From the IMG/VR virus record IMGVR_UViG_3300042898_006229: a stretch of DNA of 64,000 bases; one strand, written 5' to 3'. The position numbers were made by a program, and so were the translations under genes. The notes under the pieces are model-generated. The model made no database searches, was not told the origin of the DNA, and saw nothing but the letters and a program-made list of their open reading frames with translations. The DNA is from an uncultured virus (IMG/VR IMGVR_UViG_3300042898_006229) (taxonomy: Duplodnaviria; Heunggongvirae; Uroviricota; Caudoviricetes). Positions 11,493 to 20,925 of this stretch are shown one piece after another. Numbering within the stretch: position 1 is the stretch's first letter; each line of letters opens with the position of its first letter.

Positions 11493-12163
11493 ATTTTAAA
11501 TTAGATGTTAATTATTTGGATAGTTTGATTAAAACTAGCCAGAGCACAGAAAAGCTTGAAGACCCAATTAAAAAAACAATACAATTGGGGCTTCAAGCCT
11601 CTTGTTCAATTTATGTGAGATCTGGAAAGAAAAATTGGTCTGGAAGTGGATTTCACATTGGAAATAATATTATTATCACTGCTGGGCACGTAGTACCAAC
11701 TGATGAAACTTTGACAGAAATTCTTATCACTTTTGATAATAAAAATTTTATTCCAGCCACTTTTTTAACTTCTGATCCTACAATTGATTCTGGTGCAGTA
11801 AGAGCAGAAAGAATTCCATCAAATATTCCAACATTACAATTTGTAAATAGTGATACTGTTGAAGTAGGCGATATTGTAGCAGTTATAGGATCTCCAGAAG
11901 GCTTTCATGACACTGCAACAGTTGGAAGAGTTTCAAATGTTCATCAAAGTATAAATGATGTAAATATGCCAGCTTGGAATGATATTATTTTTGTAGATGC
12001 TGATATACTTGAAGGCTCATCAGGCGGAATGGTGATTGGGACAGACAATCTAGTTTATGGCACTATTATGGGTGTAACAGGACAGCATGCTGATATTGGG
12101 GTGGGTGAAAATGCTGTTTGTCCATCAAATAAGATTACCAATATGCTTTCCAAATTAGTATAA
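11489..12163 (+). CDS. Trypsin-like (HtrA/DegS-type, PDZ-less) serine protease
   Basis: GSGF..ITAGHV, Asp in TIDSG, VGD.V.VIGSP.G, DA.I.EGSSGG. ATGA overlap with lepB. Confidence 0.9.
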   Translation: MNFKLDVNYLDSLIKTSQSTEKLEDPIKKTIQLGLQASCSIYVRSGKKNWSGSGFHIGNNIIITAGHVVPTDETLTEILITFDNKNFIPATFLTSDPTIDSGAVRAERIPSNIPTLQFVNSDTVEVGDIVAVIGSPEGFHDTATVGRVSNVHQSINDVNMPAWNDIIFVDADILEGSSGGMVIGTDNLVYGTIMGVTGQHADIGVGENAVCPSNKITNMLSKLV

Positions 12164-12170
12164 TGATTTT

Positions 12171-13154
12171 ATGCCGAATCCATATGATGTTCTAGGTTTG
12201 CCTCATAATGTTTCTATAGATGATGCAAAAAAAGCATATAGAAAGTTAGCAAAGCAATATCATCCTGATGTAAATAAAGACACTGGAGCAGAAGAAAAAT
12301 TCAAAGAAATATCTCAAGCGTATGAAGATATTTTGAATCCTCCACCTCCACAACATCATTTTGAACCCCCTACTAATCCTTTTAGGAATACAGCACACAA
12401 TCCATTTCGAAAAAACCTCAATACTCCAATTACTGTAACCATAGAGTTAGAATTGGAAGAAGTTTACAAAAATGTGGTAAAGACCCTTAACTATGAACGT
12501 TTGACCCCTTGTGGTGCTTGTTCAGGTATTGGTGGCAGTGGAAGTAAAAGTGTTTGTATGAGTTGTATGGGATCTGGAGAACACTACATCATTCAAAATT
12601 TAGGTTTTATGCACGTTAGAAATTATGCTGGCCCTTGTGGAAGTTGCTATGGACGTGGCGAAAAGTTTGAATCTTTTTGTAATTATTGCAATGGTTCTGG
12701 CTTTGTAAAAATGTTTGAGAATTTTGATCTTACGATTAACAAAGGCCATGTCTTTAGATCTTCAATGATTCAAGGAAGGGGAAATCACGGAGATGTATAT
12801 CAAGCTCCAGGTCCATTAATAGTTGAGGTAGTTACAAAACCAAGAGAAAAATTCGAAGTTGATGCTAATTTAAATTTAATTCACGAATTTGAAATAGATC
12901 CTATCATGGCTCTGGTTGATCCAGAATTTAAATATTCTCACGTAAATGGCAGTAAGTTAAATTTTAAGTTTAATAATAGCTTGAAGAATGGTTACGTACA
13001 TATAGTTAAAAACAAAGGTATTCCAACATCAAATGATACATATTCTGACTTACATCTCAAAATAATGTATAAAATTCCTAAAGAAATTTCTGATGAAGAA
13101 TCACAATTTTTAAAATCATATGTCGAATCTAGGAAAAGGAGACAAATGTTATGA
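12171..13154 (+). CDS. dnaJ: DnaJ co-chaperone (J domain, four CxxCxGxG motifs, C-terminal domain)
   Basis: [38 protein letters not shown] and CNYCNGSG. The G/F linker is replaced by a Pro-rich linker. Confidence 0.93.
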   Translation: MPNPYDVLGLPHNVSIDDAKKAYRKLAKQYHPDVNKDTGAEEKFKEISQAYEDILNPPPPQHHFEPPTNPFRNTAHNPFRKNLNTPITVTIELELEEVYKNVVKTLNYERLTPCGACSGIGGSGSKSVCMSCMGSGEHYIIQNLGFMHVRNYAGPCGSCYGRGEKFESFCNYCNGSGFVKMFENFDLTINKGHVFRSSMIQGRGNHGDVYQAPGPLIVEVVTKPREKFEVDANLNLIHEFEIDPIMALVDPEFKYSHVNGSKLNFKFNNSLKNGYVHIVKNKGIPTSNDTYSDLHLKIMYKIPKEISDEESQFLKSYVESRKRRQML

Positions 13155-13369
13155 GTATGGTAAAGAGAGCTACTGGCAAGATTGAAAAGTTCACTAATGC
13201 AGAAGGTGAAGAAGTAGTGGCAGACAATCTTGTCTGGGCAGATGAAAAGAAAGATGAAACCGTCACCGCACAAATCAAAGATGAATTGGTTATTCCTTTG
13301 ACTACAGATATGGATCTAGATCCAAATGCATCTGATCAAGATGATTCAGTTATTGCTAAGGATTGTTAA
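13151..13369 (+). CDS. Small acidic hypothetical protein
   Basis: 72-aa ORF with ATGA overlap to dnaJ, filling the gap to the next gene. Confidence 0.65.
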   Translation: MSMVKRATGKIEKFTNAEGEEVVADNLVWADEKKDETVTAQIKDELVIPLTTDMDLDPNASDQDDSVIAKDC

Positions 13370-13371
13370 TT

Positions 13372-13806
13372 ATGGATTTAGTAAATAATTTTCTCAAATC
13401 AACACAGAATGAAATTATTGTTTATGTAATTTGTTTCATCCTTGGTAGTGTAGTCTTCTTTTTCTTGGCAAAATCTAAATCTGAAGGTGCTGCAGCTTTA
13501 CAAACTCTTGAAGTTGTCAAACTTGTTCTTCGCAGTAAACTTGGTGACAAGGCTGATGGTATTTTAGATATTTGGATTGAAGGCTTGAAAAAAATTCAAG
13601 ATGGAGAATTTTCACAAGATGATGCTGTTGATCAGTTTGTGAGATTTATTCGTTTGGGGTGTGTTCAGAAGGGCATTGAATTATCTGAAGAAGATATTGA
13701 TAAGATTCATATGCTTGTTCTTTCTACATTGGAAACATTTGTAGGTAAGAAGCCAAAGCAGATTGAAATTGCTGTTAATAAATTCAACGCAATGAATCAT
13801 CGATAG
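13372..13806 (+). CDS. Membrane-anchored hypothetical protein
   Basis: One hydrophobic helix (IIVYVICFILGSVVFFFLA). ATG 13372 preferred over TTG 13363. Confidence 0.65.
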   Translation: MDLVNNFLKSTQNEIIVYVICFILGSVVFFFLAKSKSEGAAALQTLEVVKLVLRSKLGDKADGILDIWIEGLKKIQDGEFSQDDAVDQFVRFIRLGCVQKGIELSEEDIDKIHMLVLSTLETFVGKKPKQIEIAVNKFNAMNHR

Positions 13807-13821
13807 GTATGTGTTTCTGAT

Positions 13822-13859
13822 AAACAACCATTTTCGTGACATCACGAAAATGGTTGTTT
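13822..13859. repeat. Perfect 18-bp inverted repeat with 2-nt spacer
   Basis: AAACAACCATTTTCGTGA-CA-TCACGAAAATGGTTGTTT, intergenic, just upstream of the helicase -10 box. Confidence 0.95.
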
Positions 13860-13881
13860 TGTTTAATGGTATACTTACTGA

Positions 13882-15648
13882 ATGGTAGAAGTTGAAGTTT
13901 ACAATGACAAAAGCATTATCATAAATCTTGATGATCCTATGGGAAAATTACCTTTCCCTTATCAAGAAGCTTTAAGAAACGAATTGTCATATAAAGTTCC
14001 TGATTCTGAATGGTCTGCTAAATATAAGACAGGTCAGTGGGATGGAAGAATCTCTTTATATGTGAAAAGAAATCAATCTTTCCCTACAGGTTTAACCATG
14101 CGTGTTTCCCGTTTATTTGATGAATTAAACGTGCAATACAAATTTACAGACAAAAGAGAAAAGCCTGTTAGAGACTACAATATTGCCTGTGATTTTATGG
14201 GTAAAGATCTTCGAGATTACCAAACAATTTCTGGAGATTTAGCGCTTAAAAATCAACGTGGAATGCTTGCTCTTGCTACTGGTGCTGGAAAGACTATGAC
14301 TTCTTGTTATATTTTTCATAAACTTAAGGTCAAGCCAGTGGTATTCGTTGTTCCAGCTATTGAACTTCTTAAGCAAACTCAAAAAGAATTTGAGAAATAT
14401 TTAAAAATAAATGGCGAACCTGTCAAAGTTGGTATTGCTGGAGGTGGTCTCTGTGATATCAATATGGAAGGTATCAACGTAATCACATACCAAACTGCTC
14501 TTATTGCTTTTGATAAGAAATATATGGAAAGCAATAACAAAATAGTTGAAGATACAGGTGAGGGTTCTAAACCTACTGGACTTCTTCAAAAAGAATTAGA
14601 TGAAGCTACCACTAAATACAAAAAAGCCCGTCAAATTGCATCAGGTAAACTTTCTGACTTATATGTCCAAGTTGAAACAGCTGAAGAAAATCAATCAAAA
14701 GATGCAGATAAATTACGGAAAAAATATGAACGTGAAATCGGCTTATTGATTAAGACTGAATTAGCAGCATATAGGAAGGCACAAACAGCTTGGGATAATA
14801 GGCAAGATACTTTATTTCAGAAAGCTCAAGTAAGAAACGTAATTCAATGCTGTAATGCTTTGATTATTGATGAAGCACACTTGGCTGCTGTTGTGACTGA
14901 AGAAATTGGAAATCAGGCAAAAAACGCTTATTATAGGCTAGGTTTAAGTGCCACCCCTTTTCGTACTGATAATCAAGAAATCAGAATTGAAGGAACATTA
15001 GGTGGAAAAGTATGTGAAGTTAGTGCTAGTGATCTTGTTGAACGAGGTTTCCTAGTTCCACCAAAGATTTTTGTAGTGAATATCAACACTGTAGAACCTG
15101 GTCAAACTTATCACGAAGTTTACAATCTGAATATTATCAATTGCTGGGAAAGAAATTTCAGAATCAAACAGTTTGCTGAAGGAATGAAAGCAAAAGGTAT
15201 CCCAACTCTTATTCTTGTTGAAAGAATGGAACACGGTAATATTCTTGAGGGAATGATTGAAGATGCTGTATTTGTTCCTGGTGGCGATAAAGGCGAAGTT
15301 GATCCTACTGATGAGGAAAAGAATTATCGCCGAAGAATGCTTAATGCTGTTGAGAATAATGAAATAATCTTGATAGCAACTCAATGGGCTAATGTTGGTG
15401 TTGATGCTCCAAGGATTGCTGGTTTGATTCTTGCTGGTACTAATTCATCACCAGTTACTACATATCAGCAAGTTGGTAGAGTGCTTAGATGTGTTGGCAA
15501 AAATGTTGAGGACTCTATTAAAAACGGAAAACCTGAAGCTGTCATTATTGATTTCGCTTCAAGTCATAAGAATTTGAGATCTCACGTAAATATGAGAAAG
15601 AAAGTATATAAGAATGAACGTGCTTGGAAGATGTATGAGTTGAAATAA
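13882..15648 (+). CDS. SF2 DEAH helicase (UvsW/ResIII-like) with coiled-coil insertion
   Basis: LRDYQ, ATGAGKT (motif I), IIDEAH (II), GLSATP (III), GVDAP (V), QQVGRVLR (VI). Confidence 0.92.
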   Translation: MVEVEVYNDKSIIINLDDPMGKLPFPYQEALRNELSYKVPDSEWSAKYKTGQWDGRISLYVKRNQSFPTGLTMRVSRLFDELNVQYKFTDKREKPVRDYNIACDFMGKDLRDYQTISGDLALKNQRGMLALATGAGKTMTSCYIFHKLKVKPVVFVVPAIELLKQTQKEFEKYLKINGEPVKVGIAGGGLCDINMEGINVITYQTALIAFDKKYMESNNKIVEDTGEGSKPTGLLQKELDEATTKYKKARQIASGKLSDLYVQVETAEENQSKDADKLRKKYEREIGLLIKTELAAYRKAQTAWDNRQDTLFQKAQVRNVIQCCNALIIDEAHLAAVVTEEIGNQAKNAYYRLGLSATPFRTDNQEIRIEGTLGGKVCEVSASDLVERGFLVPPKIFVVNINTVEPGQTYHEVYNLNIINCWERNFRIKQFAEGMKAKGIPTLILVERMEHGNILEGMIEDAVFVPGGDKGEVDPTDEEKNYRRRMLNAVENNEIILIATQWANVGVDAPRIAGLILAGTNSSPVTTYQQVGRVLRCVGKNVEDSIKNGKPEAVIIDFASSHKNLRSHVNMRKKVYKNERAWKMYELK

Positions 15649-15668
15649 TCTACGCCATTGTAGATTAT
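15645..15668. terminator. 9-bp hairpin between the convergent helicase and sORF
   Basis: ATAATCTAC-GCCATT-GTAGATTAT, overlapping the helicase stop codon. Confidence 0.45.
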
Positions 15669-15676
15669 AAGTTGCC

Positions 15677-15748
15677 TTACAATTCTACTCTGAATAAAGC
15701 TGAAATTACTTGATTCATCATTTCTTCTAGTTGTTCAAAAATTTTCAT
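15677..15748 (-). CDS. Putative 23-aa small protein MKIFEQLEEMMNQVISALFRVEL
   Basis: Perfect SD TAAGGAGGT (15757-15765, minus strand) with AGGAGG 9 nt before the ATG. Occupies an otherwise empty intergenic gap. Not in the ORF track. Confidence 0.55.
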   Translation of the reverse strand: MKIFEQLEEMMNQVISALFRVEL

Positions 15749-15919
15749 AATCATTTACCTCCTTACATAAAAATAGTCCGCTGGCATCAATTTATCCGCC
15801 AGTGGACTATAATAGTATACACCGTAAGTAAGTTTGTATCCTATTAAGGTTTCTTAATAAAAGTTGAGCTATGTTTTGCAAGGAATAATAAATTGCCTAT
15901 TGCGCATTGGAGGTGTGCT

Positions 15920-16273
15920 ATGTTTCATCAAACCATCGTCGGCAAACCTAAATGTTGTCTTAATCGTAATTGCAAAGCACAATTTACTAAAGCCTCTCAT
16001 CTTGGTTGGCTACCTAAATCAGAAGTGGAAGTGCATGCAATTATGAGATGCCCAAAATGCAAAGACACATTTGCAGTTACTCAACTTATGTCTATGGCTC
16101 ACGATTATAGATCAAATTTGCCAAGAGACGAGAGTAAATTATCTCCTAACGGACCAATAACAAAAAAAGAAACATTGGACTTTAAGAAAAAGTTAGATAA
16201 TAAAGATTCATTGAAAGAATTAATGGAAGGATATGTTCCAGGAGGCACGGTTTTACCAGAAGACTCAGAATAA
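15920..16273 (+). CDS. Small Cys-rich (Zn-ribbon-like) hypothetical protein
   Basis: CCLNRNC...CPKC. SD GGAGGTG before ATG 15920. Confidence 0.7.
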   Translation: MFHQTIVGKPKCCLNRNCKAQFTKASHLGWLPKSEVEVHAIMRCPKCKDTFAVTQLMSMAHDYRSNLPRDESKLSPNGPITKKETLDFKKKLDNKDSLKELMEGYVPGGTVLPEDSE

Positions 16274-16288
16274 TGTACAATTATTATT

Positions 16289-17980
16289 ATGAGTCATGCT
16301 ATTGGAATTGATTTAGGGTCTACTTTTAGTGTTGTTTCTTATGTAAATGAGAATGATCAAGCAGAAGTTATTCCAAACGATTTAGGCGAAAGAATTACTC
16401 CAAGTGTTGTATCATTTGGAGATGAAGTATATATAGGGCAATATGCTGTTGATATGGAGCAGCATTTGCCCTTTTCTCATACTATACGTGTCGTTAAAAG
16501 ACATATGGGAACTAATAAAAGATTTGTCATTGAAGATAAATCTTACAGCCCAGAAGAAATTTCATCTTACATCTTAAAATATTTAAAAAATTGTGCTGAA
16601 AGACATTTGGGTACAGAAGTCACCGAAGCTGTAATTACTGTTCCCGCTTATTTCAACAATGACCAAAGACAATCAACAAAAACAGCTGGAGAATTAGCTG
16701 GATTAAAAGTGCTGAGAATTATCAACGAACCAACTGCAGCATCTTTGGCATATGGATTAGATAAGAAGAATGATGCCACTATTCTTGTTTATGATCTTGG
16801 TGGTGGAACATTTGATGTAACCTTGCTCAAGCTAATGGATGGAGTTGATTTTCACGTCCAATCTACATCAGGAAATACATCTCTCGGCGGTGTAGACTTT
16901 GATTCTGCTATAAGTGAAATCATTTGCAATAAAATCACTAATACATTGAACCCTGCTGAATTAAGAAACATATCAGAGAAAGCCAAAAAAATGCTTTCCC
17001 ATATGACAGTTGCAAATGTAATGGTTGGAAAAGAACCAACAAAAATTACTCGTGAAGAATTTGAAAAGTCCATCAAGTCTTATATAGATAAAACTTTAGC
17101 TTGTGTAAATGATGCATTAAGGGACGCAAACGTAAAGTCTGACAAAATTGATGAAGTTGTTTTTGTAGGTGGCAGTACTAGAATTCCAATGATTGAAAGA
17201 GTCATTGAAGAAAAGTTCGGAAAAAAGCCTAATAAGTCAATTAATCCTGATGAAGCCGTATCGATAGGGGCAGCAATCCAAGCATCGGTTTTGACAGGAA
17301 AATCAAGCAGAGAAGTGTTTCTTTTAGATGTCTGCCCTCTTTCATTAGGTGTAGAGACTCAAGGTGGAATTATGAGTATCTTAATTTCAAGAAATACACA
17401 AGTTCCAGCAGTTGTTAAGGAAATCTTTACAACTGCATACGATAATCAATCTTCTGTTGATGTAAAGATACATCAAGGGGAAAGACCAAAAACAATTGAT
17501 AATTTGTGTCTTGGAGAATTTAAACTTAGTGGTATTGAAGAGAAACCTAGAGGATTGCCTAAAATTGAAGTAGCATTTGAAATTGATGCAAATGGTATAC
17601 TTTCAGTCAAGGCTCAAGATCTAGATACTGGAGTCAACAAAGATATTGAGATTACTGGCCAAGCATCGTTATCAAATGAAGAGATATCAAAAATTATTGA
17701 CGATGCACAAAAACACAAAGAAGAAGATGAACGTTTTAGAAAGATTACAAATATACACGATCTTATTTATGATTGCGAAATTCAAATTGAAGAATTACTT
17801 AGAACAAATGTATTAGACAACGAAGATATGAATGATTTGAAGGATCTTAAGAATTCTATTGTAGAAGACGGTAAGAGTCAAAATATAGAATTAATATCAA
17901 GTCTTTTAGAGTCAGCAAAAGATACAATTAAAGAGAAGTCTTTATTAGTACACGAAATAGCAAAAGAGAAGATGAAATGA
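16289..17980 (+). CDS. dnaK: Hsp70/DnaK chaperone
   Basis: IGIDLGST, AVITVPAYFN, IINEPTAASLAYG, DLGGGTFDV, VGGSTRIP, NPDEAV.GAA, LLDV.PLSLG.ET. Confidence 0.97.
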   Translation: MSHAIGIDLGSTFSVVSYVNENDQAEVIPNDLGERITPSVVSFGDEVYIGQYAVDMEQHLPFSHTIRVVKRHMGTNKRFVIEDKSYSPEEISSYILKYLKNCAERHLGTEVTEAVITVPAYFNNDQRQSTKTAGELAGLKVLRIINEPTAASLAYGLDKKNDATILVYDLGGGTFDVTLLKLMDGVDFHVQSTSGNTSLGGVDFDSAISEIICNKITNTLNPAELRNISEKAKKMLSHMTVANVMVGKEPTKITREEFEKSIKSYIDKTLACVNDALRDANVKSDKIDEVVFVGGSTRIPMIERVIEEKFGKKPNKSINPDEAVSIGAAIQASVLTGKSSREVFLLDVCPLSLGVETQGGIMSILISRNTQVPAVVKEIFTTAYDNQSSVDVKIHQGERPKTIDNLCLGEFKLSGIEEKPRGLPKIEVAFEIDANGILSVKAQDLDTGVNKDIEITGQASLSNEEISKIIDDAQKHKEEDERFRKITNIHDLIYDCEIQIEELLRTNVLDNEDMNDLKDLKNSIVEDGKSQNIELISSLLESAKDTIKEKSLLVHEIAKEKMK

Positions 17981-18369
17981 AGAAAGTTGGTTTATTGGCA
18001 TCCTTAATTTGTGCTATTCACTGCACAGCTTTACCATTGTTGATGATTATAATTCCAACTACTGGAGTTTATTTATTTATTAATGAAACTTTTGAATTTG
18101 CATTACTGGGTTTATCTCTTTTATTCAATATTGCTAATTTGTGTTTTGGCTATAGACAACATAGATCTAATAAAGCTGTAGCAGTTCTTGCAGTTGGATT
18201 ATTCATCTTTGTTATTGGTAGATTAATGCATCATCACAATCATCATAATGGATTACAGTTTGACTTGTTCAATGTATTTATGGTGGCAGGTGGATTGTTA
18301 ATGGCTTTGTCATCTTTGATAAATGACAAATTGTGCAAACATTGTAAAACTTGTGGAATAAAGAAATGA
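17977..18369 (+). CDS. MerC-domain membrane protein
   Basis: AS.ICAIHC.ALP MerC-type N-terminus, about 4 TM helices, GY..H, His-rich loop HHHNHH and C-terminal CKHCKTC. Confidence 0.8.
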   Translation: MKKVGLLASLICAIHCTALPLLMIIIPTTGVYLFINETFEFALLGLSLLFNIANLCFGYRQHRSNKAVAVLAVGLFIFVIGRLMHHHNHHNGLQFDLFNVFMVAGGLLMALSSLINDKLCKHCKTCGIKK

Positions 18370-18857
18370 AAGACAAAAAAATAGATAGGCATTCACTTGA
18401 TAACGGAGATCGTTACGAGCTTATACCTATCTTAATTGAAAGTGTTGTTGTAAACCCCGAAGGCAGATCTTTTGTAGTATTGAGTGATGGGGACAAAAAA
18501 TCAGCTTGTGAAATTAATTCTTATGAATCTGGAATGTTAACTTTTGTAGCTAAAGATTATCATAAAAATTCTCATATACAAACTATACATCAGGCTTTTA
18601 TTAAACTTTTAGAAATATACAAATCTGATGTTGAGAGTGTTGAGATCGAGAATAAAGTTGGTGATGTAATCTATACATCAGTGAAATTTTTGGATAAAAA
18701 TTTGAATAATTTTTATTTAATTATGTCTTTGTGTGATGGAATCATCTTGTCCATATTATCCCAAACCAATTTAAAAATTGTTTTTGATGTTTGGGATAAT
18801 ATGGAACCTTTAGATGAAGACTGGGATTACGAAAATTTTATGTTTGACGATGACTAA
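18366..18857 (+). CDS. Bifunctional nuclease (DUF151/BFN)-like protein
   Basis: VVL.D..K...EI..YE...L, T.H, V..V.I....G..Y, D.I.L.: a degenerate DUF151 pattern. ATGA overlap with the MerC-like gene. Confidence 0.65.
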   Translation: MKDKKIDRHSLDNGDRYELIPILIESVVVNPEGRSFVVLSDGDKKSACEINSYESGMLTFVAKDYHKNSHIQTIHQAFIKLLEIYKSDVESVEIENKVGDVIYTSVKFLDKNLNNFYLIMSLCDGIILSILSQTNLKIVFDVWDNMEPLDEDWDYENFMFDDD

Positions 18858-18862
18858 ATTAA

Positions 18863-19885
18863 TTAGACAACGTAGCACATAAAGTCAAAGTCAACAGTCA
18901 AGATACCAGTGCTTACAGAGAAGTTAGTAGCATTGATGATTGCTTTTGATAATCCAATACCAGGAATTAAGCTTGCCCAAGTTGGTGCAGCTGACATTCT
19001 GAAACCATCTTGTTGAGCAATTTCAAGAGCAAATGTGACATCACCAGCACTTGCAAGAACTGTTCTACCTGCAGATTGAGTTGTAACACCAGCAGTAGTT
19101 TCAGAAGCATATGTTGAACCAACAACAACAGCGCCTTTACCCTTACCGGAAATGGTCAAACCATTAACTCCAATGTGCGGGAATTGAGTTCCATACTTGT
19201 AGGAAATACCATTACCTGAAAGAACTGAAGGTAAATTTGTACCACCACCACCACTTAATTGGTAACCAATACCTGGATCAGAGAAGTCATAAGGGTTGAT
19301 GAAGTAGGTTTTTTGAGTTTCTACATTTACGTCAACATTAGCTTCTTGAATAAAGTATTTTCTTTCACCGATTTGAGCTCTAAAGTCGTAAAAACGAGCT
19401 ACTCTTGTAGGGCCAAATGCAGTAGTTCCAGAACCACCAGTACCAACAGGATTCAAGGATGGGTGAGGAGTATTGGAGTTTACAACAAAGAATGCTGAAT
19501 TACCAATACCAGAATCACCATCACTCTCAAGGGTAAGAGAAACAGATCCGCCACCTTCATTAATGCTAAATGAAGCTGACTTAAGAATAGGTAATGTAGC
19601 AGAGGTAGGGTCTAGAATTTCATTGATTTTTTGTGTTGCGATAGCTCTTCCATCAGCTGAAGCACCACCACCAATCAAAATAGGAGCTTGGATGGAGATA
19701 GTCTCTGTTACTCCACCGATGTCCATAATTCTAGTTTTAGGACTTCCTTGCATCAATACTTTAGGTGAAGCATCAATTGTGACACTTCTACTGGCACTTT
19801 CAACAATGTATGATCTAGCAGTTCCACCAGCAACTGTAATAAACACTGATTTGTAAATACCAAGGATATCATTATTAATAGGCAT
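18863..19885 (-). CDS. Putative tail tube-like structural protein
   Basis: Beta-rich Gly/Ser/Thr composition, high-expression codon bias, and resemblance to the neighbour (YIVES..V......MQGSP....IGG). Confidence 0.45.
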   Translation of the reverse strand: MPINNDILGIYKSVFITVAGGTARSYIVESASRSVTIDASPKVLMQGSPKTRIMDIGGVTETISIQAPILIGGGASADGRAIATQKINEILDPTSATLPILKSASFSINEGGGSVSLTLESDGDSGIGNSAFFVVNSNTPHPSLNPVGTGGSGTTAFGPTRVARFYDFRAQIGERKYFIQEANVDVNVETQKTYFINPYDFSDPGIGYQLSGGGGTNLPSVLSGNGISYKYGTQFPHIGVNGLTISGKGKGAVVVGSTYASETTAGVTTQSAGRTVLASAGDVTFALEIAQQDGFRMSAAPTWASLIPGIGLSKAIINATNFSVSTGILTVDFDFMCYVV

Positions 19886-19974
19886 TTTATCAACTCACTT
19901 TCAAAAGATTTATTGACTTCTTTTGTTTTTTTAGGTTATTCAAAATATTCTTTATTTTATTGATGCTTACCTTT

Positions 19975-20925
19975 TTAAACAAAAGTGAATAATCCATTGT
20001 CGTTCATAGAAGCATCAGGTTTATTAATTCCAGCCCATTCAGTGGTTCTCCTTATTATCTGAGAGGTCAAAGGAGTTTGTCCAATTTTGAAAACTGGGTT
20101 TGGAAATGTTGCAGTGGCTGGACCAAATTGCAAAACCAAATTAGAATCGTGCATCAATCCACCGTGAATAAATGTATGTAAATCTGCTCCATTTCTTATA
20201 ACTTCAGCAACATTTCCACTCCATTTAGTAGATTGAACTCCAATTAATTCAATTTGATCTTTAGATTCTGTTACACCAGCTCCAGGGTAAGATAAGTAAG
20301 GCATTAAAAATACTGGCGTAACTAATTCGTTTTCAATTCTAACTTCAATACTAGATGTAGTTCTCATAGAAGACTCTTTTCTACTAGCATTGCAATCAGC
20401 CCAAGTTAAGACTCTACCCAAGATATAATCAGTGCTAAAATTAAATTCAGATTCATTTTCTTCATCAACCATACCAGTTACATCAATTCTAACCATCACT
20501 TTGTTGCTTTCACTGCAAGATAATGTCAAACTACTAATTACTACAGAATCCAAAGAAAGATTTTTATTATTATCTGTTCCTGGATCTAAAACAGTAGTAG
20601 TTTTCATTGAAAGTAAATGATGAGTATCAATTTTCAAAGCTGACATAGGTTTTGCTGCATATTGAAGTAGAGTTATAGCAGCAGATTCTAGGTTTCCGTC
20701 TTGATCAACTCTTAATGGAAAAGAAATTGAACCTTCATATTTTTTTGCTCCAAGATTGTATATTGCATAAGCAGGGCCACCTTGAATATAGTTATTTAAG
20801 TTATGCTCTTGAACTTGATTAATATTGCACTCTTCAACAATAAGATAATTGCCATTGACGCAAATACTTTTTGTGTTTAGACCTGTTGAAAATTCGCCTC
20901 TAGTAAGAATGCCTGGAAAAGCCAT
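19975..20925 (-). CDS. Putative tail tube-like structural protein, paralog of 18863..19885
   Basis: YLIVEEC.I......YIQGGP....LGA..YEGSI.FPL aligns by eye with the neighbouring protein. Confidence 0.45.
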   Translation of the reverse strand: MAFPGILTRGEFSTGLNTKSICVNGNYLIVEECNINQVQEHNLNNYIQGGPAYAIYNLGAKKYEGSISFPLRVDQDGNLESAAITLLQYAAKPMSALKIDTHHLLSMKTTTVLDPGTDNNKNLSLDSVVISSLTLSCSESNKVMVRIDVTGMVDEENESEFNFSTDYILGRVLTWADCNASRKESSMRTTSSIEVRIENELVTPVFLMPYLSYPGAGVTESKDQIELIGVQSTKWSGNVAEVIRNGADLHTFIHGGLMHDSNLVLQFGPATATFPNPVFKIGQTPLTSQIIRRTTEWAGINKPDASMNDNGLFTFV

